64,000 bases of DNA from the NCBI RefSeq assembly GCF_000143415.4, contig NW_003314298.1:496001-560000 (forward strand), given 5' to 3'. The notes below the pieces were generated by a model that saw nothing but the letters and a program-made list of their open reading frames with translations, had not been told where the DNA came from and did no database searches. The DNA is from Selaginella moellendorffii. Taxonomy: Eukaryota > Plantae > Lycopodiophyta. The position numbers were made by a program, and so were the translations under genes. This document shows positions 36,162 to 47,846 of this stretch, in pieces. How positions within the stretch are numbered: the first letter of the stretch is position 1; every line of letters starts with the position of its first letter.

Positions 36162-38922
36162 ATGGCAGCGATGAGTAGCAGCAATAGCAACAGCAACAGC
36201 GTACCTCATGGAAGCCACGCTCGGACGGAGAGAAGCGCTGCTCAAACCAACACCATGGGAATGCTGAGCCCCCTCAGCTTGAGCCTGTGGAAGAACAAGA
36301 CCGGGGACGAGGAGACCGACATATCTGCGCGGCTTACTTGGAGAGATCTCTTCGTCTCGGCCACCAATGCGAAGGGAGAGACGCGCTCGCTGCTCCACGG
36401 TCTCAATGGATACGCCGAGCCGGGATATCTCATGGCCGTCATGGGGCCGTCTGGATCCGGAAAGTCGACGTTACTGGACGCTCTAGCAGGTTTGCAAGCT
36501 TCGTCTTTTGATATCTTGATCGAGGCCGATCTGTGGCAGGGAGGCTGGCCAAGAACACGACGCAGAGTGGAGAAGTCCTGCTCAATGGAAGGCGGACTCG
36601 CTTGTCATACGGCATCGTTGTGAGTTCCCGGTTTCTCACTCCTATATTTTAAGAAAATTCCCCGTCTTCTCGAGACTTACGATATGTTTCTCCCTGTCCC
36701 AGGCATTCGTGACTCAAGATGATGCGCTGATAGGAACTCTGACGGTGAAGGAAACCATCACGTACTCGGCTAAATTGCGTCTCCCAGATCTCATGCCCCG
36801 GAAAGATAAGAAGGCCATTGTCGAGAGCACTATCATGGAGATGGGACTCCAAGAGTGCCAGAACACTCCCGTTGGAAACTGGCACCTTCGAGGCCTCAGT
36901 GGAGGAGAGAAGCGGCGGCTGAGCATCGGTCTGGAAATTCTCACTCGTCCTCGTTTGCTGTTCCTCGATGAACCCACCAGCGGCCTCGACAGGTTGGTTG
37001 CAAGTTCTTAGCCTGCTAAACATTCCTGTTCCATCTTGGATGCAGTGCCTCGGCCTTCTTCGTCACCCAGACACTCAAGAACCTGGCCAGGGACGGAAGG
37101 ACTGTCATAGCTTCCATCCATCAGCCCAGCAGCGAGGTTTTCGAGCTCTTCGACCGACTGTACTTGTTATCTCACGGGAAAACCATCTACTTTGGTGATG
37201 CCCCTGCTGCTAAAGAGGTAACGCAGTAAGTTCTTCTTCCCTAGGTTCTCTAAGTCCGAAGTTTCCTGATAGTTCTTCGCCTCCGCTGGATTCCCCTGTC
37301 CACCTCTTCGAAACCCCTCTGACCATTACCTCCGAGCAATCAACTCAGACTTTGATCGAGTCAAGGACGCTCTGAGAAATTCCTTTGTGGCCAAGGTAAG
37401 TTAGCTGTGACCATAAAAATCCATCTTTTCGACCGCGTTGATGCTGCTACTTCGCAGGACATGGAGTCGGCCGATGTCCTTGACAAAACCTCCACCGCAC
37501 AAGTCATCAAGATCTTGATCGACCACTACCAGTCTTCAGAGCACGCAATGCTGACAGCGTCCAAAATCCACGAGATTAACCAAACGGTGAGCAGAACTTT
37601 CCATCTTCCTCCTCCACCTTAGCTGAAACAAGTGCCCCGGCCAGAAAGGAGTAGCTTTGGAGTCGGAAGGGAGCCAAGCGAGCTTCTTCATGCAGTCGTT
37701 CACGCTAACCCGCCGATCGTTCGTCAACATGTCTCGAGATATGGGCTACTACTGGCTTCGACTTGTCATCTACATCATCCTGGCCATCGGGATCGGTACG
37801 CTGTACTATGACATCGGCACCAGCTATAGCTCTATCATGGTAACAGCCCCTCCACTTCCATCATCTCGTCCCTGTGCTAACTCCAAGACTGTTTTGTTGA
37901 AGGCCAGAGCTGCTTGTATGTCTTTTGTTGGAGGCTTCCTGATCTTCATGTCCATTGGAGGCTTCCCGTCGTTCATCGAAGACATGAAGGTCTGTTCTTC
38001 TCTTTCATGTTCTAGTTTCCGATCGTCCACGGTGATATATGCTTGGTTATGTCTCAGGTCTTCTCTCGTGAGAGGCTGAATGGACACTACGGCGTCGTCG
38101 CGTTCGTCGTTGGAAACACCCTCTCGTCGCTACCGTTTCTCTTTCTCATAGCACTGGTGTCCGGGGCTATCACATACAACATGGTGAAGCTCCACCCGGG
38201 ATTCATTCGCTTCTCGTACTTTGTGTTGAACCTTTTCGCGGCTGTCGCAGCTGTCGAGAGTCTGATGATGGCTGTGGCAAGTCTCGTCCCAAACTTCCTC
38301 ATGGGGATCATTACGGGTGCCGGCATCCAGGTACGCTCGGCTTGCAACATCTGGCCTGGTGACATTCTTTCGCTTGCTCTGACTTCTTGATGACAGGGTA
38401 TCTTTCTGCTCGTTGCGGGATTTTTCCGTTTGCCAGGTGACTTGCCAAAGGCGTTCTGGAAGTTCCCGTTGTCCTACATTGGTTTCCACATGTATTCGTT
38501 GCAGGTAGCCTTTCATGCTTCTCTCTGCTCCCCCGAAAGCTGAACGAGAATTTTAATGTGCCTGGCAGGGAAACTTTGAAAACGACTTTCTCGGCTTGAA
38601 CTTTGAAAACAAATTTCCAGGCTTACCAAAGATTCCAGGAAAATTTATTCTTCAGGACGTTTATGAGATACCAGTCGGCCGCTCGAAATGGTGGAACCTC
38701 GCAGTGGTGTTTTTGATGATTATAGTCTACAGGTTCTTGTTCTTCCTTGCCATCAAGTACAGTGAGAGCGTTCAGCCATGGCTTCAAGGCATCATGGCTA
38801 AGCGGCGGGCAAGATTTTTGTCATCCAATCACCTTACTCGTAAGAACTCGGCGCTCCAGAACACGATCAGGCCGGTTGTCCAGCAGTCTCCACTGAGAGA
38901 GCCTGCCACAGCAACAAGTTAG
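36162..38922 (+). CDS. ABCG half-size transporter (WBC/ABCG11-like), multi-exon
   Basis: Walker [10 protein letters not shown], signature [62 protein letters not shown]. Confidence 0.96.
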
Positions 38923-39819
38923 TCAAGAAAGAAGGAGAGATTCTAAGGAGATAAAACCATACCCGACTTAAAATACACACGGAGTCAAACAGCGATCCTC
39001 CAACATCTCTTGTTTCGGATCAGTGGAGTGGAGGGCTCATCCTGTCTTGTTTGGTGAATCAAAGACGGTGGACTGGAGAATCAAAGCTTGCATATATTGT
39101 ACTGGTAGCTGAGAGATAATGGAGCATCCTCGTGTCCCACACGGAGCAATCTAAAGAAAAACACAAGCATGAGTCCAAAAAGGCAAAGGTGAAAAGCACA
39201 AGCATTTTGCTAGCACGACGAAACCACCCATGTGGGAGGGAATAAATTCGCGATGTAGTGTAAAATGCGACTGGTACTCGACAGTTAAACCAGGTGGCAA
39301 GCCAAAAGGTTGAAGGAGGGGTGAAAAAATAAACCAGAAGATCCGTGAAATGAATGACTACCACTGACCTTTTGGGAGGCAACTTTTGCGTTACAAGGGA
39401 TGGAATTAAATGCATCCAGCGAGAAGAGAACGACCTGAGCTGCTACTTTTTCTGTGAGTTCTTCGGAGAAGCTGGGCTGCAATAAAATAAGAACTTTCAT
39501 GTGAGCGAGCACTCAAACTCATCCATCAAATCAAACTCGAGCTACCGATCGACCAAACAAGATGCATACCGACGATTATCAATCAGCTAATAACTACGAA
39601 GTTGAAAAGCAAACAGGTTAACGAAAAAGGAACAACTGGCAAGCAAAGAGCAAAATAAATGAATTTCACCGGACAAAGATCGCTTTTCTGCCAGCACAGA
39701 TGAACACGTTGCTGCAAGGTACATAAATGTGAAAGGAGCACAAGGATTGGAAAAACTTTCCTACGGCTTTACTTACCTACGCTTCGTTGGCTTTTAGAAA
39801 TACAGGGTGCTGCAAGAAG

Positions 39820-40696
<877 letters not shown>

Positions 40697-40818
40697 CTAG
40701 AAAATTTAGGGTTTAACGTATAGAATAAGGCTTTAGGCCGAATATTCTCAAGTCGTGTTCTTTCGTCACAGCGCAAGAGAATGGACCGGGTCTGGCATCG
40801 CGGAGCTAGGGTTCTACA

Positions 40819-43350
40819 ATGCCCAGAGGAAGAAGTTTTCCATTCTTCCGTGCTACCGCTCGACGATCGATCAACGCCATGGCCGATCCAGCTCCCCAGA
40901 GAGGTACTTGTAGTCTAGCAGCGATATTTCTAGCGATTCTATGCACGCGCGCGTCGTGCCAGCAGCAGGTGCTGGAGCAAAAACAGTTTCCCCGGGTGAT
41001 TCCCGGCGATCCAAGGGGTCTTGAGGGCCAGGCAGTGGAATTTGATGGCTACACGGCACCCAATCTTTCACTGCTCAACGTAGCGCAGTATAGCCTGGCG
41101 TTTGTGAATCACTCGTCGGGGCTCTTCACTCTCGCCATTGTGACAAACTCCAGCGCTGGTTCATTGGCTAGAATCATCTGGGAAGCGAACCAAGACGATC
41201 CAGTGAGTGCGAATGCAACGCTTGGCTTCGAGGGCGATGGCGGCCTTGCGTTGCGAGACTCTGGCGGAAGATTGGTATGGACTACTGGACCGCTGAATGG
41301 ATTTTCTACGACGCTCGAGTTGCAAGAGACAGGGAACTTGACGGTTCGAAACATCGACAACGAAGTCTTGTGGCAGAGTTTTGGCAGTCCGACCGACACA
41401 CTCGTGCTCCAACAGCCTCTTTCGCCGGGAATGAGACTGGAGAGCCGCCGAAGCAGCACGAATTCTTCTTCGGGGACTTACAGCTTGGTGATGGAAGCCG
41501 GGGGACTTGTGCTCTACTCCAACTTTTCGGGACTGCAGGAACCTTACTGGATCAGGGGGTACGATGGACTTGAAACTCTAGCAGCGGCTACTACGAACGC
41601 CTGCGAGTCCTTGACAGCAGCTCTTGCCAGAAACGAGAGCTCGTCAGCTCTAACTTTCACGTTTCGGTGTGGGAGCAACGAAACGCTGATCATACCTCTC
41701 CAGGTGGCTGGCGAAAACGGAAGTTTCATACGCCTCGAAGCTGATGGGAATTTGCAAGCTTACACGCTGGGAAGTTCTGGAAACTGGACCGAGTCGCAGA
41801 AACTCTTTGATCAGGCTGGTAGCTGTGGGCTTCCCGAGAGATGTCAACCATTTGGAATCTGCTCCAACGGGTCATGCGTCGAGTGCTTGAGCGCGACTGG
41901 GACGAGAGTTCCTTGGAGCAACAGCTGCTCAGCTCCTGTCATTGATTCATGCGGTAACTCCAGCTCTCTCGATTTTGTTTCACTGCCAGGGATCGAGCAT
42001 TTCTCACACAGGTACCTCAATGGTTCTTCACTCAGCTTTCAGCTTTGCCGCAGCCAGTGCCTGCAAAACTGCTCGTGCTCGGCGTTTTTCTTCTGGGAAG
42101 AATCCAGCTCCTGCTTTCTGATGGATAGCCTTCGTACGCTTCAAGCCGTGCCCAACCATCGCCACGTTGCATACGTGAAAGTAGCGGCCACGAACACCAC
42201 GAACGATGTCTTGCCTGTTCCAGCCACAGGATCGAAGCTTTCAGCTGGTGCCACTGCGGGGATCGTAGTTGGCAGCTTCTTTCTACTTCTGGTGGCCCTC
42301 CTGCCCATCATTTTGTGCATATCGAGAAAGCGGTCCAAGCAAGTGGAGGCTGTAGTCTACGACAGCGACAACTATCTCGAGACGATAGAGAACTTGAAAC
42401 CAATGAGGTTCTGTCGAGCGGACTTGGAACGGATCACTGACAACTTCAGCAAGCTTATCGGAACTGGAAGCTTTGGAAGTGTGTACGAAGGTGTTCTTCC
42501 CGAGGGCAGGAAAGTGGCAGTCAAGAGGCTCGAAAGCACAGGACAGGGGAAGCGGAAGATCTTTGCTGAAGTTGCGGTGCTAGGAACGTTTCATCACTGG
42601 AACTTGGTGAGGCTACTCGGTTTTTGCGATCAAGGATGTCACGGGTTTATCATCTACGAGCATATTGGAAATGGTTCGCTGGACAGATGGATCTATCGTG
42701 ACAACGGGGAAAACGTCTTGGACTGGGAACTGAGGATGGGAATCGTGATGGGAATAGCACGAGGATTGGCTTACTTGCACGAAGAATGCATGGAAGTTCA
42801 TCTCAACTTGAAGCCTCAAAACGTGTTACTCGACTCTTCGTTCGTTCCCAAGCTTTCCGGCTACGGAGTCTCCAGGATCATGGCTCGAGAATCCCAGAGC
42901 TCAGCAGCTAAAACAGGTCTGGAGAGCTATCACCCACCAGAGTGGCTTCTCGACACCTCCATTACCGAGAAGTGCGACGTTTACAGCTTTGGAATTCTAC
43001 TCTTGGAGATTATCAGCGGGAAAAGAAGCTCCAACAGCGACAAGTTTTATCTTCCGGCCCATGCATTGGATCTCACAAGGCAAGGCAGGCAAATGGAACT
43101 TGTGGACACGAGGATCGTCAAGGACTCGAGCGAGTCTAAAGTTCGTCAGGGTGTAAGTATTGCTTTCCAGTGCTTACAGGAAGATCCAAGATCCAGGCCG
43201 TCCATGGGGGACGTTGTCCAGATGCTCCAAGGCTCCTGTGAGATTCCAGAAGTTCCCAGGAACAGCGCTTTCTTCTGGCTCAAGGACAACGAAACTCGCT
43301 ACTCGGAAGCTCACTCGCTGTTGATGGGCTTAAAGCACTCGATCGACTAG
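40819..43350 (+). CDS. G-type lectin S-domain (SD2-like) receptor kinase, intronless, predicted pseudokinase
   Basis: Signal peptide, B-lectin (IIWEAN, LVWTT, LWQSFGSPTDTL), EGF/PAN cysteines, TM helix, kinase with GTGSFG and VAVK but HLNLKPQN and SGYG. The true start may be the second Met. Confidence 0.93.
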   Translation: MPRGRSFPFFRATARRSINAMADPAPQRGTCSLAAIFLAILCTRASCQQQVLEQKQFPRVIPGDPRGLEGQAVEFDGYTAPNLSLLNVAQYSLAFVNHSSGLFTLAIVTNSSAGSLARIIWEANQDDPVSANATLGFEGDGGLALRDSGGRLVWTTGPLNGFSTTLELQETGNLTVRNIDNEVLWQSFGSPTDTLVLQQPLSPGMRLESRRSSTNSSSGTYSLVMEAGGLVLYSNFSGLQEPYWIRGYDGLETLAAATTNACESLTAALARNESSSALTFTFRCGSNETLIIPLQVAGENGSFIRLEADGNLQAYTLGSSGNWTESQKLFDQAGSCGLPERCQPFGICSNGSCVECLSATGTRVPWSNSCSAPVIDSCGNSSSLDFVSLPGIEHFSHRYLNGSSLSFQLCRSQCLQNCSCSAFFFWEESSSCFLMDSLRTLQAVPNHRHVAYVKVAATNTTNDVLPVPATGSKLSAGATAGIVVGSFFLLLVALLPIILCISRKRSKQVEAVVYDSDNYLETIENLKPMRFCRADLERITDNFSKLIGTGSFGSVYEGVLPEGRKVAVKRLESTGQGKRKIFAEVAVLGTFHHWNLVRLLGFCDQGCHGFIIYEHIGNGSLDRWIYRDNGENVLDWELRMGIVMGIARGLAYLHEECMEVHLNLKPQNVLLDSSFVPKLSGYGVSRIMARESQSSAAKTGLESYHPPEWLLDTSITEKCDVYSFGILLLEIISGKRSSNSDKFYLPAHALDLTRQGRQMELVDTRIVKDSSESKVRQGVSIAFQCLQEDPRSRPSMGDVVQMLQGSCEIPEVPRNSAFFWLKDNETRYSEAHSLLMGLKHSID

Positions 43351-45808
43351 GAGAGGAATGTGTAAAAAACTTTTTCTAATTGACGCAAAGAACAAGCCTT
43401 GGACAAGAACAGTGCTAGCACCATGCTCGCAGCAGCGACAGGGATGCAGTCTGGAAACTCCGGCTCCAGCAGCAATCCGAGGATCAACCACGTCCCTTTC
43501 CTTCATAGCGAAGCAGCCAGTGATCTTGGCTGAAGGTTTCAAGACCGTGCACAACGTAAATGAGATAAGTTGACTTATACTTCGAATTACTAGCCACCGT
43601 TCACTGTAACTTACAGCAAGTTTACCTTTCCCTTTATTTTACCTTTTTGTGTTATTAAATTATGAAATATTTTAGGGTTTTAATCAGGCTGATATTGCTA
43701 CAAAATCTGGGTAGTTTGGATTGTGATAAGGCACGATTAGTAAAATTGCATGCACTGTTTTTCACATAGAAATGAAGATGATTACTGGTTTTCCAAAAAA
43801 CATGAAATGCTTCAATTAAACATTCAGAAAGAATAATGGACAACCAAATTTGTACTTCATGCCGTACCCATCCCCATTGTGCTCATTCCTTATACTAGGG
43901 TTTCAATTTTTCCTTAGCAGTGTGAGCAAGCGCACACTAGTGCATAAGAGTAGTGGTAAATTAATGTTGGGTGTTTTTTGGTTTATCTAAGTTGTGTATC
44001 TTTATTTTCTTAGCCACTCCTCACCCATGGTTGACTATGAAACCACTATTATAGCTCCATGTCCATATGCTGTCTCTTTTATTGAGATAATTCAAAGAAC
44101 TAGCCTCTAGGATGTGATCTCTAACTAAGTTTTGGCATACAAAGGACCTCATCACTATAAAAACTTATAAACTATACTATATATAAGTCTATGTCATTTA
44201 TAATAATTAACATAGTGTCACCACAGCCTTAACTGTGTAACTGGAAACTTGGAGGTTGGCTCTAGAGATTTGATGACCATGCAACTTCCCTTGAGGAACA
44301 AAAAACTTGCACTTTGCTGAATTGAGTTGGATGCTGTAAAAATGACATAATTGGAAAATGGTTTGCAGATCCTCAATCAAGTTGTCAGGAAGTTCCCTAA
44401 ACCCTAAACTAGAATTTGTATTAAATAAGAATAATTGGAAATATAATGGATTTTCTAAGGTATATAGAAAAAATATTTTATGTTTATTTCGTATATAAAT
44501 ATTTGATTTGATAAGAACTAAGAGGAGACAATAATTAGAAAATGATAAACCTCTGCCAAGAGTAGATATAGTTTCTAACTAAGATGATAACATAGTAAGT
44601 AGAACAACTCAAAGGGTGGCTAAGAGATTAGAAGTTTTGCTAAAGTGTGCTACAATGTTTAAAGTTTCTTTCTTAGTAAGATCCCACTTGTGCTTTTTAG
44701 GTATGTGTGTTAAATGTGTGTTTGTAGTGAACAGATTTAAAATTGTAGTCATAGTGTATGGATCATAGCAAAGTAAAAATTATGTTTTTTTATGTTTAGT
44801 TAATAAAGAGTTAGGTATATGCAATTGTAAATATATTTGAGTTCTATTACGCAAGCATGTTTATGCATTACATAATATCATAAATAAGTTATTTCTTGTT
44901 ATCATCAATCTTTATATGCAGATCTACATAGCTGAAGAAAGTCACATCATCTTGGAACTAAATATATTTGAACTAAATGTAGAACCAAAAGCTCTGCTGG
45001 TATTTATATGGCAACTAGGTACTTAGATGAGGTATTGAATCTCAAAGTATGACTTGAGTTCCACTCCATTTTCTGGCTTTTAAAGTAATCTGTGCCTTAA
45101 CTATTGTGTTTAACAACAGATTTAGGAAGAACTACACTATTAAAGTCTATTCCTATAGTTAGTCGCACAGCAATCTAGTGGTACAAATGATAGTCTTTTA
45201 AACTCAAAGAGTGATCAAGTGATTACTATACCTCTTTGTGAACTTATTGAGAAAGCAGTGTGAATCATCTGTTGCGACAATGTTCGAGAAAAGAAAAAAA
45301 AAAAAGCGAACTTGTATATAAAAAAAACTCATTTTTACAGTAAAAACTGTGTTCGTCAGCTTTTTACCTGACTCGAGACACTGAATTCTCGCCTCACTGC
45401 AAACAAAACCACCGGTTCTCTCAATCCCAATCACCGAAAAACTCAAAACAATCCATTTTTCTCTTGTTTTCGTTTTCCACGGCATTGTCAGTGATGGCTG
45501 CGTCGAGCAAAGTAGTCACAGCAAGCTTCCAGAAAAGGGAAATTCCATTCCATTCCTTCTGGAGACAAAGATCTCCACAGCCAAAGTAAAACAAACAAAC
45601 ACTTCCGAAATCCCCGTACGAGAAAAAGACTAGTTTCGTCCTCCAGTGAAGAAAGAGAAAAAAAGAAGAGAACGATCGATCCAATCATAGCTTCTCTTGG
45701 GAACGAACAGGAGAACTAAAATCTCACTCCTAGAGCTCGATCGCTCAATCAATCGATCAATCAATCAATCAGAGAATGCGAGGAGAAAACCCAGATCGAT
45801 TCGTTCCA

Positions 45809-47269
45809 TCAGTGACCAGTGATCTCCTCTGCCGATGATCGGTGATGGTGTTTGTCTCTACCCATTAACCATTGCAGCGTTCTCCTCGCAATCGACACGG
45901 TGGTCATTGATGATGTCGCAGAGCCCGTACTCTTCATCTCCGCGTTCGTACTACACACCGACGCCTGGTCCCAACTGCATACCGCCGCGGTACCACCGGT
46001 ACCGCCAGCGGTACTACCCTGCTGCTCGTGCGAGCTTCCCCTGTTCTTCCACCACCACACCGCCGGCTGCTGCGGCTCCTCGTGCTGCTGCTGCCCTTGA
46101 TCCACATTCAGCCGGAACGAGAAGGATTTCACCTTGTCCGAATCGAAGCTCTTATCGCCTACGCTGCTGGGCGCCTTGGAGTTCCTCCTCCACGGCGCCC
46201 AGCTCAGGAACGATGACGCCCGCGACGTACCGCCGGCCGCTAGCATTGGTCGCGGATCAATGTCGATGGTGACCCACGGACTGCCGCCCTCGCGCTCGGG
46301 TATACACTCGGACAGTGCCGCGCGGTGCCCGGGCGTACCGCGCGGCGGCGGCGGCCACTTTCTGTGCATGGGCGTCGGCGCAATCACCACCAGTGCGACT
46401 TGCTGCTGCTCTCCTCCTCCCGCGCCGCCAGTGGATGGATCCAGGACGTATTCGTAGGATCCCATGGAGTAGGATCGCCGGCTCAGCGCCGCGGTCTCGG
46501 AGGGCGCTGCCGATTCTTCTCCCGAGTTTGCTGCCGCTGGGCAGAAGCGCCCGAGCTTGACTGGCACCACTCGCAGCGATTCCTGGCGGCCGCCCGCGAG
46601 ATCTAGCGATCCTCCCACGCCTCCCTCCTCGGCCATGGAGGACTCGGCCCCAAAGCTGGCGGCGCTGACGCTGCTACTGGCGCCGAAGGACTCGACCCTC
46701 ATACCGCCCAGTACCGCCGCGGTACAGCCTGAGCTGGAGGCGTCGGGCACGAGGCTGCAGCGGCACAGCGGGCAAGTGGAGTGGGACAGCAGCCAAGTGT
46801 CGATGCATTCGATGTGGAAGGCGTGGCTGCACTTGGGGAGGAGGCGCAAACGATCGTCGCCGGAAAACTCGTTGAGGCATACCGCGCAGTCCGCCCCCTC
46901 CTTGAGGCCGCGTACCGCGCGGTACAGGAAGACGGGCAGCGCGTCGATGAATGCCTGCTCTACGCCCGAGTCGTGGAGGTGGAAGAGGTGCTGGAGCTGG
47001 CCCTGGAGCGAGTTGAGCGACCCACTGCTGTTGTTCCGCCGCGAGAGGCCATTGTTGGTGGATGCCGATGGGCGAGCGAAGCAGCGCGCGAGGAGATGGA
47101 GGAATCCCGAGAGGAAGAACACCACCGTGATGAGAACGATGATGACGACGACACTGGGGCTGAGCTGCGGCGTGCCGCTGGCGGCGCCGGCGGTACCGCC
47201 CGCGGTACCCGCGCCGGAAGGGCTGCTCGTCTCTGGATCGAGGTCCCGGATGCTGAAGGAGAGTGGCAT
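45809..47269 (-). CDS. ATL-family RING-H2 E3 ubiquitin ligase, intronless
   Basis: N-terminal TM segment, LQHLFHLHDSGVEQAFIDALPVF, CAVCLNEF..CSHAFHIECIDTWLLSHSTCPLCR, RRSYSMGSYEYV. Confidence 0.96.
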   Translation of the reverse strand: MPLSFSIRDLDPETSSPSGAGTAGGTAGAASGTPQLSPSVVVIIVLITVVFFLSGFLHLLARCFARPSASTNNGLSRRNNSSGSLNSLQGQLQHLFHLHDSGVEQAFIDALPVFLYRAVRGLKEGADCAVCLNEFSGDDRLRLLPKCSHAFHIECIDTWLLSHSTCPLCRCSLVPDASSSGCTAAVLGGMRVESFGASSSVSAASFGAESSMAEEGGVGGSLDLAGGRQESLRVVPVKLGRFCPAAANSGEESAAPSETAALSRRSYSMGSYEYVLDPSTGGAGGGEQQQVALVVIAPTPMHRKWPPPPRGTPGHRAALSECIPEREGGSPWVTIDIDPRPMLAAGGTSRASSFLSWAPWRRNSKAPSSVGDKSFDSDKVKSFSFRLNVDQGQQQHEEPQQPAVWWWKNRGSSHEQQGSTAGGTGGTAAVCSWDQASVCSTNAEMKSTGSATSSMTTVSIARRTLQWLMGRDKHHHRSSAEEITGH

Positions 47270-47798
47270 GACTGGCGACGCATGAATCGACCCAGATGGG
47301 CGAATCGAGAGAGGAGACTACCCAACAGCGCGATTCCAGTGAAGATCACAGCTTCTCACCGGCATTTCGATCTTCTGGAGCGAATTCCCCCCTTTTCCAT
47401 CCTACCCAGTGGGGAGAAACCAATCAAGCTAGCGTAGATCTATCCCAGCCTACCAATGTCGATCGGATCGATCTAGCGCGTGCTCCTCCTGGGAATTCTG
47501 GTTGCGGCATTGCGATCCATCCAATCCAGTGATGCATTCAACCCAGCTGCTGGCTGGAATCTCTGGCCACAGTAGGTGGGTTTGTTGTAGAACATTCATT
47601 GCCCTCCCCTGCAAATCTGGAAACAAACAAAAAGAAATTTCTTCCTGTGAGAGGGCAAAAATCTCTCCTTCACTCCTCCATCGCCCTCTCTCAATCTCGC
47701 TCGCTCGCTCGCTCGAATTGACCAGTAGGAGAAAGAACGAGACGAGAGAGAGAGAAAGCTTTAATTCGAGCAGAGCATGCGATTTTAGGGCAGGGCTC

Positions 47799-47846
47799 CC
47801 ACGTCGTCGTGGAGTTCGACGTGGCGCGCGGTGGATGCCACGTGGC
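47799..47846. promoter_or_regulatory. ACGT/G-box/ABRE cluster upstream of the ATL gene
   Basis: ccacgtc, gacgtggc followed by gcgcg, and palindromic gccacgtggc within 48 bp. Confidence 0.55.

Noticed and set aside
46557-47437. Long plus-strand ORFs of 242 and 218 aa
   Set aside because: Antisense shadows of the GC-rich ATL CDS.
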